A stretch of 26,199 bases of DNA from an uncultured Candidatus Saccharibacteria bacterium (GCA_964426425.1 CAYRQI010000002.1:1-26199); one strand, 5' to 3'; counted from the first letter of the stretch, positions 14,197 through 22,434 are shown. Made by a program: numbers and translations. The notes: a model not told the origin generated them from the letters alone.

Positions 14197-16302
14197 ATGC
14201 CAGCATTTTCCGGGCGTGCATACGCATTCTCACTCGTGATCGTTTTTTTCACGTACCTCGGCACGGCGCTGTTTGGTTTCAGCATTCAGCCGGTGAATAC
14301 GTTTGCGACACTCATCTGGGCGCCAACTGGCATCGCGATCGCCGCGCTCACGCTCGGCGGGTATCGTTTGTGGCCTGCAGTGTTTCTTGCGGCTTTCTCT
14401 GCAAACTTCTATATCGGTGCGCCTCTTTTCGTTGCGTTGGGGATCGGCATCGGGAACACGCTTGAAGCGCTCGCTGGCTCCTACGTGCTCAGAAACTTTC
14501 GCTCGGGCTCCCTCGAATTCTCGTTCGGGAACCTCAAGGAGACAATGGTCTTCATCTTCGGCGCTGCGCTCGCCGCTCCGCTCATAAGCGCGAGCATAGG
14601 CGTGTTGAGTCTTACGCTAGGCAACATCATTCCCTCCACCGAAATCGACCGCACGTGGATCGCGTGGTGGGTGGGTGATGTGCTCGGCGCACTCATTGTC
14701 GCTCCATTTCTCTTGCGCTGGCTCTCGGAGCCCTACTTCCGCATGAATATGCTCCGTTCCGCAGAGATTGTCGCGAGTGCGGCAGCATCGGGACTCGTCG
14801 CGTGGCTCGTCTTCTGGAATCAAGACATGGCAGCGCCGTACCCCGTGCTTATCCCGCTCGTGTGGGCGGCACTTCGTACTGGAGAGCGTGGCATCACACT
14901 CTCGATACTCGTGCTTTCGACCGTGGCGATATCAGGAACACTCGCCGGAGGAGGACCGTTCCGGGAACTCCCCCTCGAGAGCGCGCTCCTGCAGCTCCAG
15001 CTCTTCCTCGGTACCATAGCGACCATCCTCCTCGTGTTCACCGCTGTCGTGGAGGACAGGCGGCGGACGGCGGGCGCGCTCGAGAAGCATGTGGGAGAAC
15101 TCGAAGGCCTCCTCGAGAGGTTCCGGGTCGAAGACACCGCCAAAAACGAGTTCATTGCGACACTTGCCCACGAGCTGCGAAACCCGCTTTCCCCCATCGT
15201 AAGCTCCATAGAACTACTGAAGCGCAGCGATACGAGCAGCATCGCCCGTCAGGCACTCATCATGGAGAAACATGCAAAGAGCCTCTCGAGTCTCCTCAAC
15301 GACCTTCTCGACGTTTCGCGCATATCGACGCACAAGCTCGAGATCGAGAAGAAGCCCGTGTACCTGAGCGCTCCCGTAGCACAGGCGATTGAATCCGTCG
15401 AGCCGCTCATGCGCGAGAAAAACCATATCCTCAATGTCTCGATCAATCCTCACCCCATCCTGCTCGAGGCCGATCCTGTGCGCCTCGAGCAAATTGTCGT
15501 GAACCTCCTTACGAACGCTGCAAAATACACGCCCACCGGAGGAACGATCACGCTCTCCGTCACGCGAGAAGGACGGGAGGCAGTGATCGTTGTGCAAGAC
15601 ACCGGCATCGGTATCGAAAAGAATATGCTCGGCCGCATTTTTGAGCCCTTCCTCCAGATCAAGAGAGCAAATTCTGTCGAAGCCGGCATCGGCGTCGGCC
15701 TCACGGTCACCAAGAGACTTGTTGAGCTCCATGGCGGAACCATCACGGCAAAGAGCGAGGGAGAGGGAAAAGGGAGCGAATTTTCCGTTCGCCTGCCACT
15801 GCCTCCGCCCGGCGCATTCACCGAGAAAGAGAAAGTACCGAAGCAAGCGGCAAAGCGTCGGCGACCTCTCCCGCGCTTGCGGATTCTTGTCGTGGACGAC
15901 AACGTTGACGCCGGGAATGCCCTCGGGAAGCTCCTCGGTATACGGGGACACGAGGTAACCCTTGCGCAAGATGGAGGCAGCGCGCTTCGGATGGCACCGC
16001 TTATCGATCCTGACATCATCATTCTCGACATCGGCTTGCCGGACTTCGACGGCTACGAGACCGCACGCCGGCTCCGGAAGGCAAAATTCGATTGTCCTCT
16101 GATCGCACTCACCGGCTATGGGCAAGAAGAAGACAAGAAAAAAGCGAAAAATGCCGGATTTGCGTATCACCTCACAAAGCCCGTTTCACTCGCAACAGTT
16201 GAAGAAGCGCTCTCGAAGATTGTCGTAGGCGGAATTCTCAAGAAACCGCCCGTGAAGATGGAGGCCATCACCAAAGCACCCGCGCAATTTGCGCAGAGCT
16301 AA
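14197..16302 (+). CDS. Hybrid sensor histidine kinase: MASE1-HisKA-HATPase_c-REC
   Basis: MASE1-like IWAPTGIAIA...GNTLEAL...WWVGDVLG, LAHELRNPL H-box, NLLTNAAKY, DTGIGI, GIGVGL, and a receiver with VVDD...DIGLP..DG...TGYG...KP. Confidence 0.93.
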   Translation: MPAFSGRAYAFSLVIVFFTYLGTALFGFSIQPVNTFATLIWAPTGIAIAALTLGGYRLWPAVFLAAFSANFYIGAPLFVALGIGIGNTLEALAGSYVLRNFRSGSLEFSFGNLKETMVFIFGAALAAPLISASIGVLSLTLGNIIPSTEIDRTWIAWWVGDVLGALIVAPFLLRWLSEPYFRMNMLRSAEIVASAAASGLVAWLVFWNQDMAAPYPVLIPLVWAALRTGERGITLSILVLSTVAISGTLAGGGPFRELPLESALLQLQLFLGTIATILLVFTAVVEDRRRTAGALEKHVGELEGLLERFRVEDTAKNEFIATLAHELRNPLSPIVSSIELLKRSDTSSIARQALIMEKHAKSLSSLLNDLLDVSRISTHKLEIEKKPVYLSAPVAQAIESVEPLMREKNHILNVSINPHPILLEADPVRLEQIVVNLLTNAAKYTPTGGTITLSVTREGREAVIVVQDTGIGIEKNMLGRIFEPFLQIKRANSVEAGIGVGLTVTKRLVELHGGTITAKSEGEGKGSEFSVRLPLPPPGAFTEKEKVPKQAAKRRRPLPRLRILVVDDNVDAGNALGKLLGIRGHEVTLAQDGGSALRMAPLIDPDIIILDIGLPDFDGYETARRLRKAKFDCPLIALTGYGQEEDKKKAKNAGFAYHLTKPVSLATVEEALSKIVVGGILKKPPVKMEAITKAPAQFAQS

Positions 16303-16556
16303 TGTAGGTGCGCGGAGACGAGTTTCGTCATCTCAAACATCGACACCTGGCTCTTTCCTCCGAAGATGACCTTGAGCTTCTCGTCCGCGTTGATATTGCG
16401 TTTGTTCTGCTGGTCCTGGAGCCCATGTTGCTTGATGTACTCCCACAACTTCTTCACAACTTGCCCGCGAGGCATTGGCCCCTTGCCCACAACCGCCTCG
16501 AGCTCGCTCGAGAGGTTCATCGGCTTTAGTAATGCAGGATTGGCCTTTCTAACCAT
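16299..16556 (-). CDS. SWIB/MDM2 domain protein
   Basis: LSSELEAVVGKGPMPRGQVVKKLWEYIKQHGLQDQQNKRNINADEKLKVIFG...MFEMTKLVSAHL. Start taken at 16556; the ORF-track extension reads through the REP. Confidence 0.92.
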   Translation of the reverse strand: MVRKANPALLKPMNLSSELEAVVGKGPMPRGQVVKKLWEYIKQHGLQDQQNKRNINADEKLKVIFGGKSQVSMFEMTKLVSAHLH

Positions 16557-16629
16557 AGCAATGGTATTAGCTGGTAGACCTCTAGTGTAGCGAATCAAAC
16601 AGCTGTGCCAGCGCCTCGCTGTGGATAGA

Positions 16630-16654
16630 CCGGAGGTTAAACCTCCGGTAGACA
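16630..16654. repeat. REP hairpin upstream of rayT
   Basis: CCGGAGGTT-A-AACCTCCGG followed by TAGACA. Confidence 0.9.
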
Positions 16655-16682
16655 AGTCAAAAACATGTTATCCTATACTTAC

Positions 16683-17363
16683 ATGGTGACCAGAGAACCG
16701 TGCGTGACCGACGAGTGGTACCACTGCTACAATAGAGGCGTCGACAAACGAATCGTCTTCGAGAGGCCGGCACACTATGAGCGCTTCATATCTCTCCTCT
16801 ACGCAAGTAACGGCACCAAGTCAGAAGTCATCTCCGAAAGATTCACCACCGACCTGACATCGCTCCTCAATGACAGATCGATAGACAGAGGCGATCCTCT
16901 GGTCGACATCGGCGCCTATTGCCTTATGCCGACCCATGTGCACCTCATTCTCAAGCAGCTTCAAGACGGTGGCATCGCTCGCTTTATGCAAAAAGTCTTC
17001 ACGGGATACACGATGTACTTCAACGTGCGAAATGAACGCGCGGGCGCCCTGTTCGCGGGAACGTATAAAGCAAAGCACATCGATGATGATAACTATTTGA
17101 AGCTGGCAGTACCATACGTCCTCCTCAACCCGCTTGAATTGTTCGATTCAACGTGGAAGAAAGGGGGAGGAAATTTGAGAGTTCTGGAGAACAAGCTATT
17201 GGCATATCCGTACTCAAGTGTGCGAGCATTTTTACGGCACGATTGTCCGGAAAGAAAAATCACAGGCAACTCACTGTATGACTACTATGACCGTGTGCCG
17301 GATCTGGCGACGATGATGCGCGAAGCGAAAGAATACTACCGAAGCATTCATCCGGAGGTTTAA
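16683..17363 (+). mobile_element. rayT: REP-associated tyrosine transposase (Y1/HUH, TnpA-REP/RAYT type)
   Basis: WYHCYNRG, AYCLMPTHVHL (HUH), FMQK...YTMYFN..R.G.LF.G.YK, YVLLNP (catalytic Tyr region) and YPYSS. Flanked by identical-family palindromes. Confidence 0.9.
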
Positions 17364-17376
17364 CCTCCGGTTGACA
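17352..17376. repeat. REP hairpin overlapping the rayT stop codon
   Basis: CCGGAGGTT-T-AACCTCCGG followed by TTGACA. The TAA stop (17361-17363) starts at the hairpin apex. Confidence 0.9.
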
Positions 17377-17423
17377 GAGTGAGATCTAATTACGTCGTGA
17401 GGTAAGAAGGTGCTCGCGCCAAA

Positions 17424-18572
17424 CTAGCGCCATTCCTTCGCAATCTCCCACGTTATCTTCACGAGCGCACCGAGCGTGAGAAGCATGAGAATGAACTGTG
17501 CGAGCCAGCCGACGATGGGGATGAGCCCCAGCACCGCGTAGATGAACACGCCAAGGAGGATCGATTTCCAGCTCACGTCGAACTCACCACTAAAGAAACT
17601 GCGATACGCAAAACTCCCGAGAAGAACGGGCGTCATGATCCAGAGGTAAACAATGACTGTTGCGAATAGCAGCAGTCCGAGGAGTCCAAGCGGAATGCCA
17701 AGGAGCGACCACAAGAGCATCATCGATGCAACCGGCAGCACGATCACGACGACGAGCCCACGGCCAACCTCTAAGAGAGGTTGCGCGGCCGCTACTTCGA
17801 CAAGCCGTACCGCGTAGCGTCGGAACACGAGGCCAAGCAGGAGTGCCGAGGCAAGCTGTGCAAGCGTAGTGGCGATAAGCGCGACTGAAATAATGGCAAC
17901 AATCCCGCCGACGGAAACTGTCCGTTCCCGCTTCTTGAAAGTTACCTCGCCCTCTACCGAGGCGCCCTCTTCCATCTCCGCTTCCTTCGCTGCCGTAAGG
18001 AAGAGATCGCCGCGAATCTTCGCGCCCTGCCCGAGCGTCAGCGTCTCCGCGAACACTTCGACATTGCCCGCAATCGCAGAATTCAGGTAGACGTCGCCGC
18101 CGCCGATGCGCACGTTGCCGCCGACAGGAGCGTCGAGCCGCACCGTCCCGCCACCTACCACGAGATCGCCCTTGATATTGCCGCCGATATTGAGCTGTCC
18201 ACCTCCAATAACGACATCACTGCCTACATTGCCCCGGAGCAAAATAGTTCCTCCCACTGCGCGTACGTCGTCACTCACGCTGCCAAGAATGGTCACCGTG
18301 CCTCCCGCGGCCGCAACATCGCCACCAACATTCCCGCCTACGACGACAGTACCACCCGCCGCCACGAGGTCAGCACCTACGCTGCCATCGCTTGAGACGT
18401 TCCCGCCTGCGATGTAGACATCCTCTATGATTCGTTCTTCTGCATTGATAGAGGGCTGATCTCCCGTGCGAAGCTCCGCCGCCTCCCCCATGCCGGGAAT
18501 GAGCGAAAGAACGAGGAAGAGACCCGCAAGTAGTGCGAGAAGTCGGATGTTGAGTTTCCAGCTCGCCTTCAT
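17424..18572 (-). CDS. Exported bactofilin-like (polymer-forming) beta-helix repeat protein with C-terminal multi-TM region
   Basis: Signal peptide, about eight 15-aa repeats of type D(V/L)xxxGGxVxxxGxV, then several hydrophobic helices. TGTTACCCT lies 8 nt before the ATG. Confidence 0.8.
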   Translation of the reverse strand: MKASWKLNIRLLALLAGLFLVLSLIPGMGEAAELRTGDQPSINAEERIIEDVYIAGGNVSSDGSVGADLVAAGGTVVVGGNVGGDVAAAGGTVTILGSVSDDVRAVGGTILLRGNVGSDVVIGGGQLNIGGNIKGDLVVGGGTVRLDAPVGGNVRIGGGDVYLNSAIAGNVEVFAETLTLGQGAKIRGDLFLTAAKEAEMEEGASVEGEVTFKKRERTVSVGGIVAIISVALIATTLAQLASALLLGLVFRRYAVRLVEVAAAQPLLEVGRGLVVVIVLPVASMMLLWSLLGIPLGLLGLLLFATVIVYLWIMTPVLLGSFAYRSFFSGEFDVSWKSILLGVFIYAVLGLIPIVGWLAQFILMLLTLGALVKITWEIAKEWR

Positions 18573-18660
18573 ATGGCTCTAGGGTAACATGCCGATTTGT
18601 GTCGTGCACATGTTCGAGTCGCCCTAGATGGGGGACCAAGGACCGTGTGATCGATGTTGT

Positions 18661-19095
18661 CTAAATCGACTGTTTCTCTTTTTCCGCCTCGTAGATGCGA
18701 CGCCGAAGCTCCGTCGTCGAAAAGCCGTGATCGCGCGAATTGAAGTACATCTCGATAGGTAGATCGTGCCCCGTGTATAGTTTCCCCTTCCAGTCCGCAC
18801 CGATAATGCGAATATCGAAACCATATGTGTTCTCCTTCAAAATTCCATAGAGTTGCGCTTCTGTGTCGTACTCGAAAATCTCGTCGATGTATTTGATCGC
18901 TTCGAGAATGATCCTTCGCTCCGCAAGCGACATAATGGGCTTGTTCTTCTCTGGCCTGTCGATGGATGGATCAGATTGGAGCCCAACGACGAGATAGTCG
19001 CACACGCTCTTAGCCTCCTTGAACATCAAGATATGTCCCGCGTGACAAAGGTCGAATGCACCAACCGTTACGCCAACTTTTTTTCCGTTTCGCAT
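18661..19095 (-). CDS. Cytidylyltransferase family protein (TagD/glycerol-3-phosphate cytidylyltransferase-like)
   Basis: GAFDLCHAGH (HxGH), DYLVVGLQSDP, KPIMS..ER and FSTTELRRRI. Real start 19095; the ORF-track extension to 19986 is antisense to other genes. Confidence 0.9.
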   Translation of the reverse strand: MRNGKKVGVTVGAFDLCHAGHILMFKEAKSVCDYLVVGLQSDPSIDRPEKNKPIMSLAERRIILEAIKYIDEIFEYDTEAQLYGILKENTYGFDIRIIGADWKGKLYTGHDLPIEMYFNSRDHGFSTTELRRRIYEAEKEKQSI

Positions 19096-19131
19096 TGGGA
19101 AATAGAATACCACGCATGCTAGAATGCGCGA
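19096..19131. promoter_or_regulatory. 36-bp back-to-back divergent promoter pair
   Basis: Minus-strand TGGTATTCT (19112-19104) 8 nt before ATG 19095; plus-strand TGCTAGAAT (19117-19125) 6 nt before ATG 19132. Confidence 0.65.
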
Positions 19132-19695
19132 ATGCTCGCGCTCCTCGCGTCCTATGAAAAAGACGAAGGTCTCCTTCGTCTTGGGACTCTGCTGAAAAAT
19201 GCGGGATGGAAGCTTCTTGGATCGGCGGGCACCGCGAAGTATCTGAACGAAAATGGCGTCCTTTGCCGCGACGTCGCTGAAATCGTGGGCCCGCCCATTC
19301 TTGGCCACCGCGTTGTGACGCTTTCGCGCGAGCTTCATGCGGCGCTGCTTTCGACTCCGAGCGACATGGAAGAAATGAAAAAGCTTGGCATCGAGCCCAT
19401 CGACCTTGTGTACGTCACGCTCTATCCCCTCGAAAAAGCGATCCAGAGCGGCGCAGAGAGGGATGATGTGGTTGAGAAAACAGATATCGGCGGTCCGACT
19501 CTTCTGCGCGCCGCGGCAAAAGGCAGACGAATCGTTCTTTCCTCTTCGAAGCAGTTGGATGAATTTGAAAAACGTCTGGTGAACGGAACGACTGATGACG
19601 AGAAATACCGCGCCGCGCTCGCCGCTGCCGCAGAGCGCCGTGTCGCGGAGTACGTTGCGGCGTCGGCAAATTATTGGGAGAAACAAACAACATAA
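19132..19695 (+). CDS. Stand-alone PurH N-terminal (MGS-like / IMP cyclohydrolase) domain protein
   Basis: SAGTAKYL, RV.TL, IDLVYVTLYP and DIGGPTLLRAAAK motifs. Stops at 187 aa with no AICAR transformylase domain. Confidence 0.85.
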   Translation: MLALLASYEKDEGLLRLGTLLKNAGWKLLGSAGTAKYLNENGVLCRDVAEIVGPPILGHRVVTLSRELHAALLSTPSDMEEMKKLGIEPIDLVYVTLYPLEKAIQSGAERDDVVEKTDIGGPTLLRAAAKGRRIVLSSSKQLDEFEKRLVNGTTDDEKYRAALAAAAERRVAEYVAASANYWEKQTT

Positions 19696-19699
19696 CACA

Positions 19700-20422
19700 A
19701 TGCCGAAACATTTCTTTTTCGATGTCGACAAGACGCTTACGCCAAGCAGGAGTCTCATGCTCGAGGAACACCAGCTGATCTTCGGCCGTCTGTGCAAAGC
19801 AGCAAACGTGGTCGCCGTGTCTGGCGCACAAGAATCGCAGATTAGGGCACAAATCCCGCACGCCTTCGATGGGCTGTATTTTGTGCTTGCGCAGAACGGC
19901 AACCATGCGATCGACAAGAATGGTTCGACGCTTTGGAGAGAAGAGCTTCGCGACAGTGAGATCAAAGCTATTATGGAGTTCATCAAAAAAATACGAGCAG
20001 AGTTGGATCTTCAGGTAAAAGACGAGAACGATCTTATCGAGAATCGAGGCTCGCAGATCAGCTACAGCTTGATCGGACACCATGAAGATCTGGAAAAGAA
20101 GAGTGCATTCGATCCCGACGCCTCACTCCGACGAAGCATCCTCGAGCGGCATTCGACCGATTTGGAAAAACTCAAGGAGAACAAAGTCGAGGTGAAAATC
20201 GGTGGCACTACGACGTTGGATTTCTTCTCATGGGGGAAAAATAAGGGCTTTAACATCGCACGCTTCATAGAAAAGTACGGCTGGAAAAAAGAAGATTGCA
20301 TCTACATCGGCGACGCGCTCTTCCCGGGCGGCAACGACGAAATGGTTATTGGCATCATTCCCACCCGCTCGGTGAAAGACTACCACGAGACATACGCGTA
20401 CCTCAAAAGCATATTGAAATGA
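19700..20422 (+). CDS. HAD-IIB family hydrolase, eukaryote-type phosphomannomutase-like
   Basis: FDVDKTLT, VSG, QNG, IENRGSQIS, GGTTTLD, KNKG and YIGDALFPGGND. Start taken at 19700. Confidence 0.85.
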   Translation: MPKHFFFDVDKTLTPSRSLMLEEHQLIFGRLCKAANVVAVSGAQESQIRAQIPHAFDGLYFVLAQNGNHAIDKNGSTLWREELRDSEIKAIMEFIKKIRAELDLQVKDENDLIENRGSQISYSLIGHHEDLEKKSAFDPDASLRRSILERHSTDLEKLKENKVEVKIGGTTTLDFFSWGKNKGFNIARFIEKYGWKKEDCIYIGDALFPGGNDEMVIGIIPTRSVKDYHETYAYLKSILK

Positions 20423-21189
20423 CTACGCCTGCACCAGCGCTCGAAATACGCAACCTCAAGAAAACATATAAAAGCGGCACGGAGGCGCTGAAAGGCGTAT
20501 CGCTCACTGTTCCCGTCGGCGACTTTTACGCGCTCCTTGGCCCCAACGGTGCTGGAAAAACGACCCTCATCGGCATTGTCACCTCGCTTGTGAACAAGTC
20601 CGGCGGCACGGTAAAAGTATTCGGCCATGACATCGATACCGATTTTGAGAAGGCAAAAATCTACATCGGTCTCGTGGGACAGGAGATAAATTTCAACCCC
20701 TTCGAGAAACCGATTGACATCGTCGTCAATCAAGGCGGCTACTATGGCATCCCGCGCTCGAGGGCAATACCGCGGGCGGAAAAGCTCCTCAAGGACTTAG
20801 GGCTCGGTGACAAAATGAATCAGCAAGCCATGCAGCTTAGCGGCGGCATGAAGCGCCGATTGATGATCGCTCGCGCACTCATCCATGAGCCGAGCTTTTT
20901 GATTCTCGATGAGCCGACCGCCGGCGTGGACGTCGAACTCCGACGAAGCATGTGGGATTACCTCCGCGGCATCACGGCAAAAGGCGTCACAATTCTTCTC
21001 ACCACCCACTACCTCGAGGAAGCCGAGCAGCTCGCCAAACATGTCGCCATTATCAACAAGGGCGAGATAGCCGCGGCGGGAAGCATGGAGGAGATCCTCG
21101 CGCTGCACGATGAAGAAGAGGCCGGAAAACACGGCTATCGCGGCGGGAAGCTGGAGGAAGTTTTTCTGCAACTTACCAAGGAGAAGTAA
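20419..21189 (+). CDS. ABC transporter ATP-binding protein (ABC-2/YadG-like)
   Basis: GPNGAGKTT, LSGGMKRRL, LILDEPTAG and TTHY. ATGA overlap with the upstream HAD gene gives start 20419. Confidence 0.93.
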   Translation: MTTPAPALEIRNLKKTYKSGTEALKGVSLTVPVGDFYALLGPNGAGKTTLIGIVTSLVNKSGGTVKVFGHDIDTDFEKAKIYIGLVGQEINFNPFEKPIDIVVNQGGYYGIPRSRAIPRAEKLLKDLGLGDKMNQQAMQLSGGMKRRLMIARALIHEPSFLILDEPTAGVDVELRRSMWDYLRGITAKGVTILLTTHYLEEAEQLAKHVAIINKGEIAAAGSMEEILALHDEEEAGKHGYRGGKLEEVFLQLTKEK

Positions 21190-21221
21190 AATGATATGAA
21201 CATTTCCTCCAATCAGCAAAA

Positions 21222-21331
21222 GCGAGCCGGGGCGTGTGTTCGATGGGGTCTCGCGCAGGCCGGCGGGCCGAGCGGGAGCGCTGCGCGAACACGCGCAGAT
21301 AGCGACCCCAGCGAGCACATGCCCCGCGAGC
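21222..21331 (+). repeat. Structured dispersed element, family A, copy 3
   Basis: Outer stem GGGGCGTGTGTTCG/CGAGCACATGCCCC, GGGGTC/GACCCC, hairpins GGCC/GGCC and CTGCGCG/CGCGCAG, core AGCGGGAGCGC at 21271-21281. Confidence 0.85.
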
Positions 21332-21338
21332 AAATCCT

Positions 21339-22121
21339 ATGAGTCCCTATCAACTCTGGATTTCTTTCTATACGATGGTCCGCCGAGACATAGTGCGGAT
21401 GTTCCGAATATGGGTGCAGACGTTCTTGCCGAGCATCATCACCTCGGTCTTGTACTTTACGATCTTCGGAACGGTCTTGGGTTCACGTATCGGGGAGATG
21501 CAAGGGGTCGACTATATGACCTTCGTTGTGCCGGGTCTCGTGATGCTCGCAATCGTCACGACCTCATACGCGAACACCTCATTTATGTTCTTCGCGTCAA
21601 AATTCTTCGCGCGCTCGATCGACGAGATTCTCGTTTCCCCCACGCCGCCGTGGCTCCTCGTAGGCGGCTTTGCGGCAGGTGGCGTCGTGCGCGGCATCTT
21701 GGTAGGAACACTCGTGCTCATCGTCTCGGTTTTCTTCACCGGCCTTTCGCTTAGCATTCACAACGTGCTCGTCATACTCGGCTTTGCGATACTCACCGCT
21801 CTCGTGTTTGCGCTCGCTGGCCTTGTGAACGGCATTTACGCAAAATCAATCGATGGCATTAACATCGTTCCCACCTTCGTCCTCACCCCACTTGTGTACC
21901 TTGGCGGCATCTTCTATTCCGTGCACGACCTTCCCGACTGGTGGCAAGCAATCACGTACGCGAATCCCCTGTTCTATCTCGTGAATGGTTTCCGCTACGG
22001 CTTTCTCGGCATCACGGATATTTCCCTTTCGATCTCGCTCGCCGTTCTTTTGGGGATGATCGCGGCTCTCACCATGATCAACTGGTACTGTATTCGCAGC
22101 GGTCTTGGATTGCGCCAATAA
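21339..22121 (+). CDS. ABC-2 type transporter permease (YadH-like)
   Basis: RIWVQTFLPSII, YMTFVVPGLVM, SIDEILVSP, PLVYLGGIFYS and NPLFYLVNGFRYGF; six TM segments. Confidence 0.92.
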   Translation: MSPYQLWISFYTMVRRDIVRMFRIWVQTFLPSIITSVLYFTIFGTVLGSRIGEMQGVDYMTFVVPGLVMLAIVTTSYANTSFMFFASKFFARSIDEILVSPTPPWLLVGGFAAGGVVRGILVGTLVLIVSVFFTGLSLSIHNVLVILGFAILTALVFALAGLVNGIYAKSIDGINIVPTFVLTPLVYLGGIFYSVHDLPDWWQAITYANPLFYLVNGFRYGFLGITDISLSISLAVLLGMIAALTMINWYCIRSGLGLRQ

Positions 22122-22187
22122 GACTGCGATACAATGTCGATGGTCGAACAGCATTAGTAGCAGGCACAAGAAATAAGATTAGTTAGT

Positions 22188-22430
22188 ATGGCAAAAAGTC
22201 TTACGGCAGCTGCGGGATTACTTGTCGGCGTGGCAGGAGGGTACGTGTACGGCGATCAGGCGAACAAGATCGACGTATGTCACATGACAGGTTCTGAGAG
22301 CAACCCGGTAGTGCTCATAAACATCTCTGGGAACGCGCTCAGCGCGCACCTCGCCCACGGCGACTTCATTCTTCCGGAAGGAGCGACTGATTGCTCGGGC
22401 GGTCAACCTCCCCCCGGTGGCGAGAACTAG
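22188..22430 (+). CDS. Small exported/anchored protein with a Cys/His motif
   Basis: Hydrophobic N-terminus, then VCHMTGSESNP...ISGNALSAHLAHGD......C. Confidence 0.75.
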   Translation: MAKSLTAAAGLLVGVAGGYVYGDQANKIDVCHMTGSESNPVVLINISGNALSAHLAHGDFILPEGATDCSGGQPPPGGEN

Positions 22431-22434
22431 CGCC

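Noticed and set aside
16649-17376. TAGACA/TTGACA tails of the REPs as -35 boxes
   Set aside because: Spacing to the nearest -10-like hexamers is 14-15 or 19 nt rather than about 17. They are treated as part of the repeat.
19096-19986. N-terminal ~300 aa of the 441-aa ORF 18661-19986
   Set aside because: Antisense to the PurH-like and HAD genes. Homology and a promoter support a start at 19095.
22131-22187. Leaderless promoter for the 80-aa gene (TAAGAT 8 nt before ATG 22188)
   Set aside because: A better TACAAT lies further upstream, so the start architecture is ambiguous and it was left out of the leaderless count.
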